A DNA stretch of 64,000 bases from Vicugna vicugna (GCA_013265495.1 MU057744.1:2617370-2681369); one strand, 5' to 3'. Counted from the stretch's first letter, positions 40,200 to 54,199 are shown. The notes: a model not told the origin generated them from the letters alone. Numbers and translations: made by a program.

Positions 40200-42250
40200 A
40201 AGAAAGCTGTTTCTCTACAATTCCTTTTAATCGTAAAGCAAATTTTTTAAAGCATTGAACAAGTTGTGTTTCCTTTTTCTGTAGTTCTCACTTCACTACG
40301 CGTCCTCATCTCCATCTGGGCTGTCGGGCTCACACTCACACGTCCTGCTGCACCTGGGGACGAGTCCCGGCTGCTCCCTCGCGAGGACAGCGTCCCCTGC
40401 GCCACCTGCGCCCTGCTCCAGAGCCGAGCTCTGTGGGGCAGGCTCGCCAACCTTTTCCACCACCCTCTGAAGGAGACGTCCTCCTTTTCTCTCTCCGTTT
40501 CACTGCGCCTTCGCTCAGAGTAGTAGTGAGGGCAGTTTGGTACTTTTAACCCCAGATTCTTTTCGTATTTTCTCCTCTCCATGAGAAGAATTACGCATCC
40601 GTTCTAATAATTAACACCCACGTGATGCCGAGGATTGCTCTTTAACGCTGAGCGTTCTCATGATTATTTTTCACATTCCTGGACGGGGCCTCCTCCGCTT
40701 CAGTCCTACGCATGTGAAGTACCAGGTCCCTCCCTCCCGCCTCCGCTGCCCTCCTCTGTCCCCTCCTGTCTCCAGGTTTCCCTGATTCAGTGTTCCTGGG
40801 TAAACGAGGCACAGGACCACTGCACTTCCTGAAGTCCGGCAGAGTCACGTGTGTCTGTCCTCCGCGTGCGCAGTCAGAGATGGGCATCTCCACCCGGAGT
40901 GGGAAGGCCACGCTGCGGTTCTTGCTTCGCAGTGTTCTCTGGGTCGTTTCCCTCTACCTGCGTGTTGCCCGTGTGGCTTATCTGTTCCTTTTCCCTTTTA
41001 GGTAATTTTCCCTCCTTCGGAAGCTCGCACCTTTTTTCACCTTTTCTTTGAAGTTCTGGAATTTCTCCAAGCCTATTTAAAAAATCATCAACTTTGTCAG
41101 GGTTGTTTAATGAATAGTTTTGCCCTGCAGGCTCAGCTTTTTCTTCAAGTTTAAAAGATACATGTTTTATTTCCTGTCCTCTCTCTGTTTCTGCCCTTCC
41201 CTCCAGAACTCCGACAACTCACATTTAATTCTCTCAGATCTTCCTTCCGGTTCTCGAGTTTTCAGTGTGCTGTGCTGTCTCTCTGTATTTTGGGCTCTGT
41301 GCTTTAAGGTATTTGTTACACCGTGTTGTCTAGACCACCAATTCTGATCTCACCTGTAACTGTCCTATTTTTCAACATCTGCTGGATATTTTTGGTTTTT
41401 TATTTCTGTGAAGTCTTTTTGTACCATGCTTGAAATTCCGTAAATGCTCACCATTATTCATGGCTTGTCCATCTCTTCTAGTAGATCCATTGATTGATTG
41501 GTTGGTTGATTGGTCTTTGGTGCTTAATCTTAAGCTTACTTACTTTCTCTCTGCTTAGGCTGCTCAGCCGCGTTAGATGTGTTACGATGGTTCTTTCCTT
41601 GTCTATTGCTGTTCTGGTGCATCTTCTGGGGTCCCTCGAAAGAAGAGAGCCATATTCCTGGCAGAATTTCAGGATTCTATGCTTGTGGGCCAGTAGTTGA
41701 CTAGCAGTGGGTCACAGGCCCCAGTACAGCACACAAGATCCACTTTCTCCGCTTCCATCTCTCCTCCCTCCCTTACCTGTGGGAGGGGTGGGGACAACAC
41801 AGCTCTCACTGGCAGGTGGACACTTTCCCCAGAGGGCACAGAGCTGCTCGCACGAGGACATGCTGTATGTGGGGTCTCTTTTTGGCTACCCCCAGTACCC
41901 ATTTCCAGGTTCCTCTGCGGCCCACACGTGAGACAGTCCTGCACCAGTCACGTTGCTCTCTCATATATTCCAGGTGCCAGAGGATTCCTGACTCCAGAGG
42001 TGTAGGCTGACTGGGTGGGTCTTGCTGGGATCCCACTCCTGTGTCGTGGACGTACGTGCACTCCTGCTGACGTGTCTTCCACGTACGAGTGGGCTCTGTC
42101 TGTCGGTTTCCAGAGGAGCCCTGTGCATCCTCAGAGAACCAGTTCACTTTTCTCCTGCCGTGGGGACTTGGCGGGTCCACAGTGCTTCCTCCTCTGAGTA
42201 TCCCTTGTACTCACGCCTCCTCCTTTCATTTGACTGTTTGAAGACTTAAT
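40200..42250 (-). mobile_element. Highly degenerate ancient L1 (ORF1/5' region), GC-enriched
   Basis: T-rich plus strand with remnants such as 'cttttttcaccttttctttgaagttctggaatttctcca' and 'cttccagaactccgacaactcacatttaattctctcagatc' typical of antisense L1M ORF1. Confidence 0.45.
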
Positions 42251-42639
42251 TTAGCTTACTGCCTTTAACAGTGCTTGTCACATAGGAGTGACTGAATACA
42301 TATTCACTTAGTGAAGGAATAAATGAACGAGGTCATGCTAACATAGGTGTATTTAGTGCAAGATCAAGTATGGAAAACGAAAATACATCACAGCATCTGG
42401 TATCATGTAATACTCTCAATAAGTAGTAAATAGTGTTCGTGTAGCACTTTGTGGGAAGCAGAAAGGGACTGGTCACTGGGATAGGGCTGCTTCTCCTGTC
42501 AATTTATTTATATAATTTTTCTTAGAATATCATCGGCAAAATGTGTAGACAGACATGTGTCGAGACCATCTAAGGTCAAATGCTGTGCCTTACTCATCTG
42601 TCATATCTCCAGACCTTACTCAGCGTGGGTTTCTGATGG

Positions 42640-42818
42640 ACAGAGGTTACTGTGCCTAGGAGTAACCCAGAGGCCCTGTGAAATGAAGGCTCTTTCCCCG
42701 CTTGTTGAAAGTCTAATTCAGTAGATATGAGGTGGACCCGAAACATCGGCGTCTTTAGAAAAGACCTTGGGAGATTCCGGTTGCGTCACCCCAGACCCAC
42801 ACCTGGAGACACGCTGGT
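42640..42818. mobile_element. MER5A-like hAT-Charlie MITE
   Basis: 'tctaattcagtagatatgaggtggacccg...cacacctggagacacgctgg' resembles MER5A; inserted in an L2 3' relic. Confidence 0.6.
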
Positions 42819-42944
42819 CAAATGACTCCATAAATATTTGTTGAAATGAATCCATTCATCTAAGGTGCTCCATCATTTCACAGTTCATTGTTCTCTGAGA
42901 AATGCGCCAAAGATTTCTTCCCTTAAGAGAGATTTTTAATATGT

Positions 42945-43325
42945 AATTTCTCTATTTATGAAGATATAACTGTGACTGAAATGACCAAGTGAAATGTGCC
43001 GGGAGACTGATGTTGAGAAAACGTGTGTAAAACTGAAAAGAAAAAGGAGAAGCATGAAACATCCAGAGCAGACAGAGGCAGAGGCAGAGAGCAGGTTAGT
43101 GGCTTCCGGGGGCTGGAGGGAGGGAGACATGGACAGTGACTATTGGTGACTATTGAGTATTGAGGGATGAAAACGTTCCAAAATTAGATAGTGATGGTGG
43201 AGCAACTCTGGGAATGTGCTGAAAACCACTGAAACGTGCATTTTGAAAGGGTAGATTTATAGCATGTGAGTTACAGTTCACATACTATATTCTATATTCT
43301 CCATATAGCTATTATTACAAAAGAA
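42945..43325 (+). mobile_element. L1MB-like 3'UTR fragment
   Basis: 'gcaggttagtggcttccggggg...gatgaaaacgttccaaaattagatagtgatggt...aaaaccactgaa...gcatgtgagtta'. Confidence 0.75.
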
Positions 43326-46300
43326 AATGAGGAAGTCTAGTAAATTATATTAAGTTCAGTAAGTAAAATGGAAGAACGAATGAACAGCTTGCACTTAGGT
43401 CCGGCTCCATTGAGTTCTAAGGCTGAGACCTTTGCAGAAGACGTTCTCACAAAGAATTTCTATGAGTGTCAAAGGAATTTCATATTCCAGTCTGACTCTC
43501 ACAGTTTCCTAACAAACTGTCAGTAGAGCTCATATATTAAATGAGATTGTGCACATTGTAGTCAGAAAGAAGAACTGCATTTACCACATACAGAAGCCAA
43601 ACATGGGCACTGTGTTTGCACACACACGTCCACACACACACACAGCGTCATGTGTGATTGTTCCCATGGCCCTAGAGAGAAATGTGCAAACAGGAAAATC
43701 CCACCCAATTTACCTGTCTGAAGACTAAACAGAAAATTGGTTGCTTACAACCATTGCCATTTACTTTGGTGTCCCTGATTTCTGTCTAGTCTTTTAAGGG
43801 GTAAGCGTCCCTTCCTGTCCTGCCTTGCCCTAGACTCCGAAGTGCATAGCTTTTCTTGCGTCTTGGCGGTGAGTGGCAGAAAGAGCAGAGAGGAGAGCTG
43901 TTTTCAGGAGAGGACTGTGCAAGGGCGACAGTTCCCTTTTGTTATCAGGCAGCTGCATTGACGAGGAGGTTTCCTTTTACTTTCTTTGTGTGTGTGAATT
44001 TGAGAGAAAGCGACTGTAGAGAAAGGGCGAGACATTCCTTGAGATTTGTTCTTTTAAAAATCGGTAAGGAACGTTTGAAAGATGCGACAAGCCATCCAAA
44101 ATTATGAATGAGAGAGAGAGAAGCTAGATTTCCTTGAGCCTTTAACTTTTCTTTAGATGAAATCACAGTAATAAATATAAAAACGTGCCTGTCCGAAACT
44201 TACATGAAAATTGCCACTATGCTTTACATACTTTATTAGAGAAAAAACTTTACAGGTGAAAGTGGATCATTTTTGCTATTTGTAACCATAGAAAGATAAC
44301 GTTTTATTCAGTCGGTAGCTAGTGGCGTCCCTCCTTGGTTTGTAGGAATCAGTGTATTTACAAACGGTTGCCTTCAGCACGGCAGAGCGCTGACTGCTAA
44401 GTGAATGCTCGTTTATCAGATTGTCACTTCATTTATTGAGGAAGGCGTCAAAGCTCCAGTTCTATCTCTAGAAACCATGACTGATAGAAGTCCTTCAAGT
44501 AATAGTTGGAAAATGACAGTTTTAATTTGAATAACTCTGGCTGCAGGCTCTTCTGTGATTGCAATGGCTTCACAGATAAAGCAGATGAGCTCTGGACTGC
44601 AGTGACACACACCGCACACTGATACGTATGGGTATGTACTGATAACATTAATACCTGTGCATTGATATGCATCCTTCCTAGATCACTGGAAGGTAGCCAT
44701 GTACTCTGTGGCGTTACATTGTTTTTGTATACTCTGAATATCAAACCTGCCTTGTAGTGAAATTAGGTTTATGCAGTTACATAGGCTTGATTAAATAGAA
44801 GTGTTTGCATACCTCTCTAGGCCATTGCAGGGGGCACTGAAAGCATCAAAGAGATTTTTCCTTCCCTTGGTAATATATAACGTATGTCATCATGGGAAAA
44901 AAAAAACATGAAACAATAAGACTAATATCATGGCTACATTTCTTTAACATCTGCAGTCTTTTGTTGGATACTATATATATAAATCCTGTAAAAAAATACT
45001 ACTACTGCTTTTGTATGCACATAGAAACCAAGGTTCAAATAAGTCCCTGTAAGTTACAATGCTAATAATTACTAGAGCTAAGGTTTAAATCCATGTCCTC
45101 TTGATTCCCATGGATTTGCACCTTGCATTGCAAAATGCACACTGCCGCCTCAAAGTAATAAATTAGATATATATTTAATTTAAAAGAAGTTTACCGTGCT
45201 CTTACTCTATGCCAGGCAGAAGGTTAGGTGCTGAGTTTGCGGAGCTGAGAGAGAGAGATTTGGAACCTGCCCTCTTCCTGGGAGTTTCATTCAGCTCAGT
45301 CACCCTCTTTCCCAGACTTACTGCCCCCTTCCTTCCTGGAGCACCCTTTATGAAAACCTAGGCCGAGCACTCAGTGTAAGTCGAGGCTGGGGAAGGCAGC
45401 CGTGCGTCACTGTCCCCATCCTCTGGGCAGCCTAGCAGACAGTCAGCATTTCGGTGGCCTGTGCCACGGCGCACACTCAGTGAGCACTCCCCTCCTGAAG
45501 CTGCCCTAGAGGTGGGGCAGGGCCGGAGCGGGGACTGAAACCTGCCTGCCTTCCAAGGTAGTGCTCCTGCTCACGCCGCTTCCTGGCCCTGCATGTGCTC
45601 TGAGAGGCTGCTCTTCTCTTTCCAAGCCCTTCCTTTTCCAGACTCTCAGCCTCCTAATGAAATAAACCGTGTGAACACCCTCTGTGGCCCCAGGCTCTGC
45701 AGCCCCACCTCCCTCTGGTCATGGTCTGGACCCGCCCAGAGAGCAGCACTTGTGCGCAGGTGTGGCTGACAGGCTGTGGTCTCTAACGTGAGCTCCCTGC
45801 AGCAGCCAGAACAGGTTTAAGTACATTCAGCACGCTCTCCAGCAGGGAGCCACCTGCCCAGACCTCGTTGCTCCGACTGGACCCATGACAGACCTCCTCA
45901 TGGTGAGATAAGAGTCCTAGTCTTCTGAAGTGACCCAGAAGGACACACAGCTTCCCTTCCTCTCTGTTGTGAGTATTCTCACCACTAAGCCTCTTGGCAC
46001 TGCTCTTCTTCTGCACTTGCTCAGAGCATCTAATTTCTGATGCTGTTTTTTGTATTTCTTATTGTTGCTATGAAGAAAAGTTCATCTTTTCAAGTAAGCC
46101 AGGCATTAAAGAAGGATTCCTTAAGACCTTTCAGTGCCAGCAAGGACACCAGATTATAATTGACACATTTACAGCCATTGCTTCTGGTGTGGGGAAAATG
46201 AGATTGCATCTCAGGAGCAGTGTTTTGAGTTTCATGTCCACTTTTATAAAAAAGGGAGGGACCTGAGTGGAACACTGTGCTTTGTGTCTCCCCGTTTTCT

Positions 46301-46472
46301 CTCCAGGGTGAACTCCTGTGACGTCCTGCTCTCAAGTCCCATGGACGGGCTTTGAAGGAAAGTGAACTCCATCCTTCTAAAGCTAGTTTACAGGTTTTCC
46401 TGCTCACTTAGATTTTGACAGTAGTTCCTAGGTTCATAATGGGAGCTCTTCCACCAATATTCACTGAACAAA

Positions 46473-47547
46473 ATGACAACCTATGGAATGGGAGAAAATA
46501 TTTGCAAAAGATGAGACTGACAAGGGCTTAATTTCCAGAATATATAAGGAGCTCATACAGCTTAATAAGAAAAAAAAAAACAAACAAAAAACCCAATCCA
46601 AAGATGGGCAGAAGACCTAAACAAGCAATTCTCCAATGAACAAATAAAGATGGCCAATGGCACATGAAAAAATGCTCAATATCATTAATTAGCAGAGAAA
46701 TGCAAGTCAAAACTACAGTGAGGTATATCACCTCACACCAGCCAGAGTGGCCATCATTTAAAAGTCCACAAGTGACAAATGCTGGAGAGGCTGTGGAGAA
46801 AAGGGAACCCTCCTACACTGCTGGTGGGAATGCAGTTTGTTGCAGCCACTGTGGAAAAGAGTATGGAGATTCCTCAAAAGATTTAAACTAGACTTACCAT
46901 ATGATCCAGCAGTCCCACTCCTGGGCATATATCCAGAGGGAACCTTAGGTCAAAAAGACACATGCACCCCAATGTTCAAAGCAGCACTATTTACAGTGGC
47001 CAAGACATGGAAACAGCCTAAATGTCCATCAACAGGTGACTGGATAAAGAAGATGTGGTATATTTATACAATGGAATACTCCTCAGCCATAAAAAATAAT
47101 AAAATAATGCCATTTACAGCAACATATATGGCCCTAGAGAATGTCATTCTGTCTGAAGTGAGCCAGAAAGAGGAAGAAAATTACCATATGAGATCACTTA
47201 CATGTGGAATCTGAAAAAAAAAAAAAAGACAAATGAACTTATTTACAAAACAGAAACAGACTCACAGACATAGAAAACGAACTTATGGTTACCAGGGGGA
47301 AAGCGGGTGGGATGGGACAAATTGAAAGTTCGAGATTTGCAGATTTTGGTATATATAAAATAGATAAGTACGTTTCTACTGTATAGCACAGGGAACTGTA
47401 TTTGATATCTTGTAGTAGCTTACGGTGAAAAAGAATATGAAAATGAATATATGTTAATTCATGTATGACTGAAGCATTGTGCTGCGCACCAGAAATTAAC
47501 ACAACATTGTAAACTGACTACACTTCAATTAAAAAAAATTTTTTTTA
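46473..47547 (+). mobile_element. 5'-truncated L1 (ORF2 C-terminus + 3'UTR) with TSD
   Basis: TSD aatattcactgaa at 46456-46468 and 47548-47560; ORF 46837-47214 ([14 protein letters not shown]...WIKKMWYIYTMEY). Confidence 0.93.
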
Positions 47548-47600
47548 AATATTCACTGAATAAACATGGGACCATTGGTCAAAAGATAAGAAATAGCTAT

Positions 47601-48243
47601 TTTATTTATTTTTAAAAAATTTTCTTTGTAGTATAGTTGATTTACAATGTTAGGTTACTTTCAGGTGTACAGCATGGTGATTCAGATAGATAACTAGATA
47701 GATAGGTAGATAGGTAGGTAGGTAGGTAGGTAGGTAGATAGATAGATAGATTGATTGATTCTTTTTCAGATCCTTTTCCATTATAGGTTATTAAGAGATA
47801 GTGAATACAGTTCCCTGTGCTGTACAGTAGGACCTTGTTGTTTGTCTGTTTTATATATAGCAGTTAGTATCTGCTAATCTCAGACTCCTAATTGTCCTTC
47901 ACCACTACCCTTTTCCCCTTTGGTAACCATAGTTTGTTTTTATGACTATGAGTCTATTTCTGGTTTGTAAATTTATTTGTATCTTTTTTTAAAGATTCCA
48001 CTTATAAGTGATATGTGATATTTGTCTTTCTCTGTCTGACTTCCTTCACTTCATATGATACTCTCCAGTACCATCCATGTTGCTGCAAATGGCATTATTT
48101 AATTATTTATGGCTGAGTAGTATTCCATTGTATATGTATACCACAATGGCTTTATCCAGTCATCTGTCGATGGACATTTAGGTTGTTTCCATGTCTTGGC
48201 TATTGTAAATAGTGCTGCTGTGAACATTGGGGTGTATGTATTA
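47601..48243 (-). mobile_element. 5'-truncated L1 3' end, antisense
   Basis: 'gtatagttgatttacaatgtt...ccatccatgttgctgcaaatggc...ggttgtttccatgtcttggctattgtaaatagtgctgc'. Confidence 0.9.
47685..47760. repeat. Compound tetranucleotide microsatellite (GATA)n(GGTA)n(GATA)n(GATT)n
   Basis: Directly visible inside the antisense L1 3'UTR. Confidence 0.9.
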
Positions 48244-48439
48244 TTCTTTCATTTCTTAAATAAACTGACTTTTATGTTTATTTAGCTATACATGTCAGAA
48301 ATATGAATCATATGAAAATAATATTAAAACATAATTCCAGTGTACCCCTTCAAAAGAAAATACAGGCTTATGTTTTTCACGAGTATCAGTAAGGACATTG
48401 TATTAAACTTACAGTATAAAATCAAGGGATTTTAGGAAA

Positions 48440-51400
48440 TAATAATTTTATTTTTTAGAACAGTTTTATATTTATAGAAAAATTAAGACAATACAGAGAG
48501 TTTCCATGTACTCATATGCCCTGTGCTCAACTTCCCTTACAACTAACTTTTTACATTAATGTGGTACATTTGTTATCATTAGTGAAACAATATTGATCCA
48601 TTATTAACTAAAGTCTGTATGTTATTCAGAGTTTCTTAATTCTATCTGACTTTTTTCTGTTCCAGGATCCCATCTTGGATATCCCATTGTATTTAGTTGT
48701 ATGGTCTCTTTAGGCTCTTCTTTGCTGAGAGAATTTCTCAAAGTTTGCATGATTTTGATGACCTTGACAGTTTTCAGGAGTACTGGTCAAGTATTTTGTA
48801 AGATTCCCTGTATTGGCATTTGCCTGATGTTTTTCTTGTGATTAGTCTGAGGTTGTGGGTTTTTAAGAGGAAGACTGGAGAGGTCAAGTGCCACGTGGAC
48901 ATTGTGTCGAGGGTCACACTGCCAGTGTGACTCATCACCCGATGCTGACTTGGCCACCTGGCTATGGAGGTGTGTGTCAATTCTCCTGTAGTTCATACTT
49001 TTCCTCCCTGTTCATGCAGACCTTTTCAAAAGGAAGTCACTATGTGCAGAACACAACGGAGGGGTTGATGTGTAATGGAAATTTGTCTCCTCTCTCCCTT
49101 TGCTGTTCAGTCGGCTGTTCATATCATGCACATCATATATAGATACAGGTGTCTAAGTAGATAGATAGATCTACATAGATCTGACACAGCTACAGATGTC
49201 CTGTCAACATAGGTGCATAGATAAACACAGACATATCTGTGTATTAGCACATCTGTAACTGTTTTCTATTCATTATACTTGTTCTTTTTTTTATTTTTAT
49301 TTTCTGTTTTCATGCCTTCTCTAGCTTTAACCAAACATTTTATGACTTCGTTTTGCATCATACGTTAAATTTTTTTTATTATTATTGATTGCCTTGTAGC
49401 TTGCGGTATACATGAGGAACTAAGTCCATTTTCAAACACCATTATACCACGTTGTGGATTGTGGAAAATACAGATCACTTATAATACACTACTCCCTGTT
49501 CTCCCCTCCCCTTTCTTGTTATATTGCTACAATTCATTTCCCTTACCCACATAATGTAATCAAATAATATGTTGTTACTATCATTACACTGAACAGAAAA
49601 TTACCTGATATATCAATTAAGAATCTGAAAAATAAAATATTCACTTGTCCTCTATTACTATTTTTCTATTTTTCTTTTTTGTTTTAATTGAAGTAAAGTC
49701 AGTTACAGTGTGTCAGTTTCTGGTGTACAGCCCAATGTCCCAGTCATGCATGTACATATATATTCATTTTCATATTCTTTTTCATTAGAGGTTATTACAA
49801 GATACTGAATAAAGTTCCCGGTGCTATACAGAATAAATTTGTTCTTTTAATCTATTTATACATACAGTGGCTAACATTTGCAGATCTCAGACTCCCAAAT
49901 TTATCACTTCCCACCCCCTTTCCTCTGGTAATCGTAAGTTTGTTTACTGTGTCTGCAAGTATGTTTCTGTTTTATAGATGAGTTCGTTAGTGTCTTCTTT
50001 TTTCCTTTTTTTTTATATTCCACATATGAGTGATATATAATACTTTTCTTTCTCTTTCTGGCTGACTTCACTTAGAATGATTATCTCTATTTTTCTTTCT
50101 TTAAGTAGATCTTTCTTGTGGACCTGCTTTCAACTTTATCTGGCAGGTCTGGTTTGCTTGCAAATAATTTCCTTACTTTTTGTGTTTTTGAGAAAGTCAT
50201 TATTCCTTTGACTTCTGAAGAACCATTTTGCTAGATACAGAATTCTGAGTTGGTGGATTTTATTTTTAACACTCAACATTTCACCCCACCCTTTCCTTGT
50301 TTGCATAGTTTCTGGTTAAAATTAAGCAGTATTTTTAATTGTTTTCCTCTGTAGGGAAGACTTTTGTTTTACCTCTGGCTTCTGTCAAACTTCCTCTTTG
50401 TATTTGGTTTTTTATAGCTTCAATATGGCATGCTTAGATGTAAAACATTTTTGGTAATTATCCTGTTTGGTGTTCTGAGCTTGCTCTGTGGATTGGTCTG
50501 TGCCATTAATTTTGCAAAATTTTCAGCCATTGTTACTTCAGATAGTTCTGCTATATTTATTTCCCTCTTGTATTCCAACTACATGGATATTATACCTTTT
50601 GAAACTGTTACAGTTTCTGGCTGTTCTGCTTTTCTATTTGTTTTCTCTGTGTATTTCAGGTTGTGAAGTTTCTATTGACATAACCTTGAATTCCCTAATT
50701 CTCATCGAAGTGTTCATCTCTGCTACTGTTTCTTGTTCCTTTTTCAGTTTGTTTCAGTATCTCATTTTTATTCTTTCCTAGAATTTCCCCCTCTCTGCTC
50801 ACATCACCCAATTGTTACTGCCTGTTGTCTTCTTTTCCCTTGGAATTCTTGTCATAGTAATTAGCTATTTAAAATTCTTATTTGATAATTGGCAACTTCT
50901 GTTTCATATCTCAATCTGATGTTTGTTCTGTCCCTTCAGATTGCATTTTTCCTGTGAGTTATCATGTCTTTTAATTTTATTGAAAGATGAGTGATAGGAA
51001 TGAGGTAAATAGGATGCTAACATGAAGTTTTACGGTGATTGGGATGGGAAGTGGGCTGTGTGTAATTCCTGCCGTAGTTAAAGTTTCTAGGATCTTCAGA
51101 TTCTTCCAGTGTCCTGTTTCCTCATGTTCTTTTTAATTTCCCCAAGAGCCTCTTGGAGTCGCTACCTTGAAGCTCTTTCAGCTGCAGACACTGCTACCGT
51201 ATTGGAGCCCTTCAATGTGGTGGTGACGTAGGAGACAGGGCACATTCTATAATCGTTTGGTGAACGCTCAGTCTTTTCATGGGCTTATGTGCCTGGGATA
51301 TGACCTTTATGAGTGTATCTTAGCTTTTTTATCCTCTCCAATCTAGATGAGACAGGAAGTATAGACAGGTTTCCAGTTGAGTAAATTGTCCTTGCTTCTA

Positions 51401-51920
51401 GATAAACTGAGGCTCTGATAAAGCCTTTTTTTTTGAGAGAGAGAGCAAGACTTCATTATGGGATACACTCTGGGTATATTTTTTAAATGCTACTTTATTT
51501 TCTCTCTATCAGACCCATGATGGGATCTTTCCGGCCCTTCACCTTGAAAAATTGTGGGGTTCCTGGAAGTAAAACCCATGGAAGTGTGGGGTTCCCATAA
51601 AACTGAAGCCCTGAGGACTTTTTCACTCTCAAGCTAGTCCTTCCTCATTCAGCCCCCACCCCAGATTTATTCAAATTACAATTTAAATGTTTCCCTCCGT
51701 GTTTGGCCCCGCTGACTTCTGCTCTACGTCAGCTCGTCTGGGCTGTGACTCTGTACTCACCTGCACTCTAGAATTCTGAGTAGTTATTTGCCACCTGTCC
51801 TCATTGATCGGTCTGAGAAAAAAGTCATTTGTTTTCAGTTTGTTCAGTTTTTTCCTTGTTGTAAAGATTGACCTGATGTCTTCTGAGCTCTTTACTTAAC
51901 TGGGCTGAAACCAGAGGTGC
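48440..51920 (-). mobile_element. Old antisense L1 (L1MC/MD-like 3'UTR joined to ORF1/5' region)
   Basis: 'ttttagaacagttttatatttatagaaaaatt...ggtacatttgttatcattagtgaaacaatattgatcc' 3'UTR motif, followed by T-rich ORF1-like antisense sequence to ~51.9 kb. Confidence 0.7.
49678..50085 (-). mobile_element. Camelid-type L1 3' end nested in older L1
   Basis: TSD tctatttttcttt at 49665-49677 and 50086-50098; closely similar to the copy at ~11000-11527. Confidence 0.88.
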
Positions 51921-54199
51921 CAAGATTTAGCAAATGTCCAGCAGACTTTAGTTGACAGAGCAACGTGGTCAACATTTACCTGATTCGTGACTGTGGGTTC
52001 ACTTCAAGGGCGTGTGTTTTCGAGTGACCGCATCAGTGTAGTAAGGTGGACTCGCAGAGCCTGTCTAACCACAGCCGTTAAATTAATCCCCAGTCTCAGA
52101 TGTTAACATTCTGGTACTGTTGTAATGTACAGCTTGATTAAATAAACCTTCCAAATTAAGAGTGTAATTACTTTGATTCATCTGATACTTCATACACATG
52201 CACACACACACATATGGCTTTCAAAATATTTAAAATAGCACACCCTATTCTGTCTTTATCCCAAAGTTTCTGTAACCTACCACAGTTTGCTAAACAACAG
52301 AACAAAAATGGCTAACCTGTCTCACTGGCAGCTCATGAAGAACAGCTGGTAACCTTGACTGCCAGGCACCCCAGGGATAGAAGCTGCGACAGCCAGCCTT
52401 GATGATGCAGGCAGTAACTTCCAGCCTAACATGTACACACTCCCTGTGCCGAGTGCACGCCTGTGTTCTCATTCGTAATTATACTCAGTTCCATTAGCAG
52501 TATTTTTAATACCCACCTGGATTCATTGGGGATTTGATTGGATGTTCACTTCTTAGCTTATCAGCAGTAACCTCAAACTGCAAGGTGCAGGCTGAGTAGA
52601 AAAGTCATTACTAAAGCCAAATTTCACACCTGCCCTTAGAGTGTCCCCCAGTCATCAGACTCTGATCATTCCTCAAGCCTTGCTCCTCTCCTTCATCCAA
52701 GGTCATTACCCATCTGCTCCCACATCTTTTGATTCAAAATGACAGAAAGGGTATTTCTAAAAGCTATGTACTGTTATGGTTTCTATATACAGTGCACTTA
52801 TCTAGACGTTGGAGTGAGATATACACTGTAGCTTGGTCTGGGAACCAGAGTTTACTTTTAGATCTTACACGCAGAAAAGGAATGAGTGGAGTCTGCTCTT
52901 TTATCATTTTTAGTCGCAGTGGTAGGAAAGACCGCCGCCCCGACTCAGAGAGCAGAGAACTAGAGTCTTCACCTTTCGCGTTTGCTGATGGGCACGTAAG
53001 TGGTACACAGAAGTGACAGGGGACAGTCATTTGTGGAATTGCATCTCTTTTTATGTTTATAGACTAGTAGCAAGCAGGGGCTCAGCAAATTTTGACATGG
53101 AGTATGATGGAGGCAGGAGTGATACTTAACATAATTTGTGATCTTAAAATTAGGAAAAATTTTGAGAAGGTCACCCAGAAGAACACCAGCCTTTGATGCA
53201 CCGGCTGCCTGAGGGAGGGGTGCAGTGAACTCAACACTTGGATACTTGCTGTATTGAGCCACCTTTGAAATCTGCACGTTATTAATTTGGCTTGTAAGTG
53301 CTCCTTTTTTGGTCAAAAGATATGGTGGTCTTTGGGGGTAAATGCGCATGGCGGTTTAGCCATTTTATTGATTTCACCAGCAAGGAGCTAACCCTAGAAA
53401 AGTTATTTTAGTGACTGTACAATTAAAATGAAAGATTCCATGGAAGAGGATAAAGCAGTCTGAAGGAAAACAACTCTTATGTTTTGTTGAGTAGAACCAC
53501 AATGGCAGGGAAGCGACCTGATAGTACTTGTGAGTTGTTCTGGTAATTCTAACTCATACCTACATAGCACCAGAAGTTTCACTTGTAATCTTTGTTTCCT
53601 CCACTTTTCTCACTTCTCCCCTCTGCTAGGGAAAGTAAACTTGGAAACTTTTCCCAGACCCTCTTGCCAGCAGTATTCCACATAGATTTTAGTAACAAGA
53701 GGCATTTGGCCTTTGAGCAAGATGTTTACCCCTTGGAAGAGAAAGGGAAGCTATTAATCTCCAGTTTCTCCACGGAAACAGGTTAGATTAATCGATCTTA
53801 TTCTGGGATCCATAGCATCACACAGAAAGTGTGAAAAAAAGAAAGTAGACGCCTCTTGCCGGATGTCTACATCCACCGGTAACGTGTTGTCAGAAATCGT
53901 GAGCTTACGATCTGAATAGCTGGGTACGTTGGTTGGCTGCAAGATCCTTGAAAATCCAAGTGAACCTTGTGGAGGAAGGAGCCTGTAGGATTGCCTGAGG
54001 CCGCCAGAATGTTACAGGTGCCTGAGGGGATCCAGCTCTCCTTGCCCTGACACGATCCCAGGAAAGGAACACACAGCTGGACTCCTGAGTGAAGATGCCT
54101 CCTGACAACCTCCACAAGCAAGAGTCAACTTATTTTGGTTTCCAATGAGAAAAGCTGTGGACCTGGAGTGTCCACATTTCGTCTGAGGCAGTCCCTCTG

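Noticed and set aside
44821..44840. CTCF-like motif ccattgcagggggcactg
   Set aside because: Lacks the conserved 5' CC at the right spacing and is isolated in AT-rich sequence
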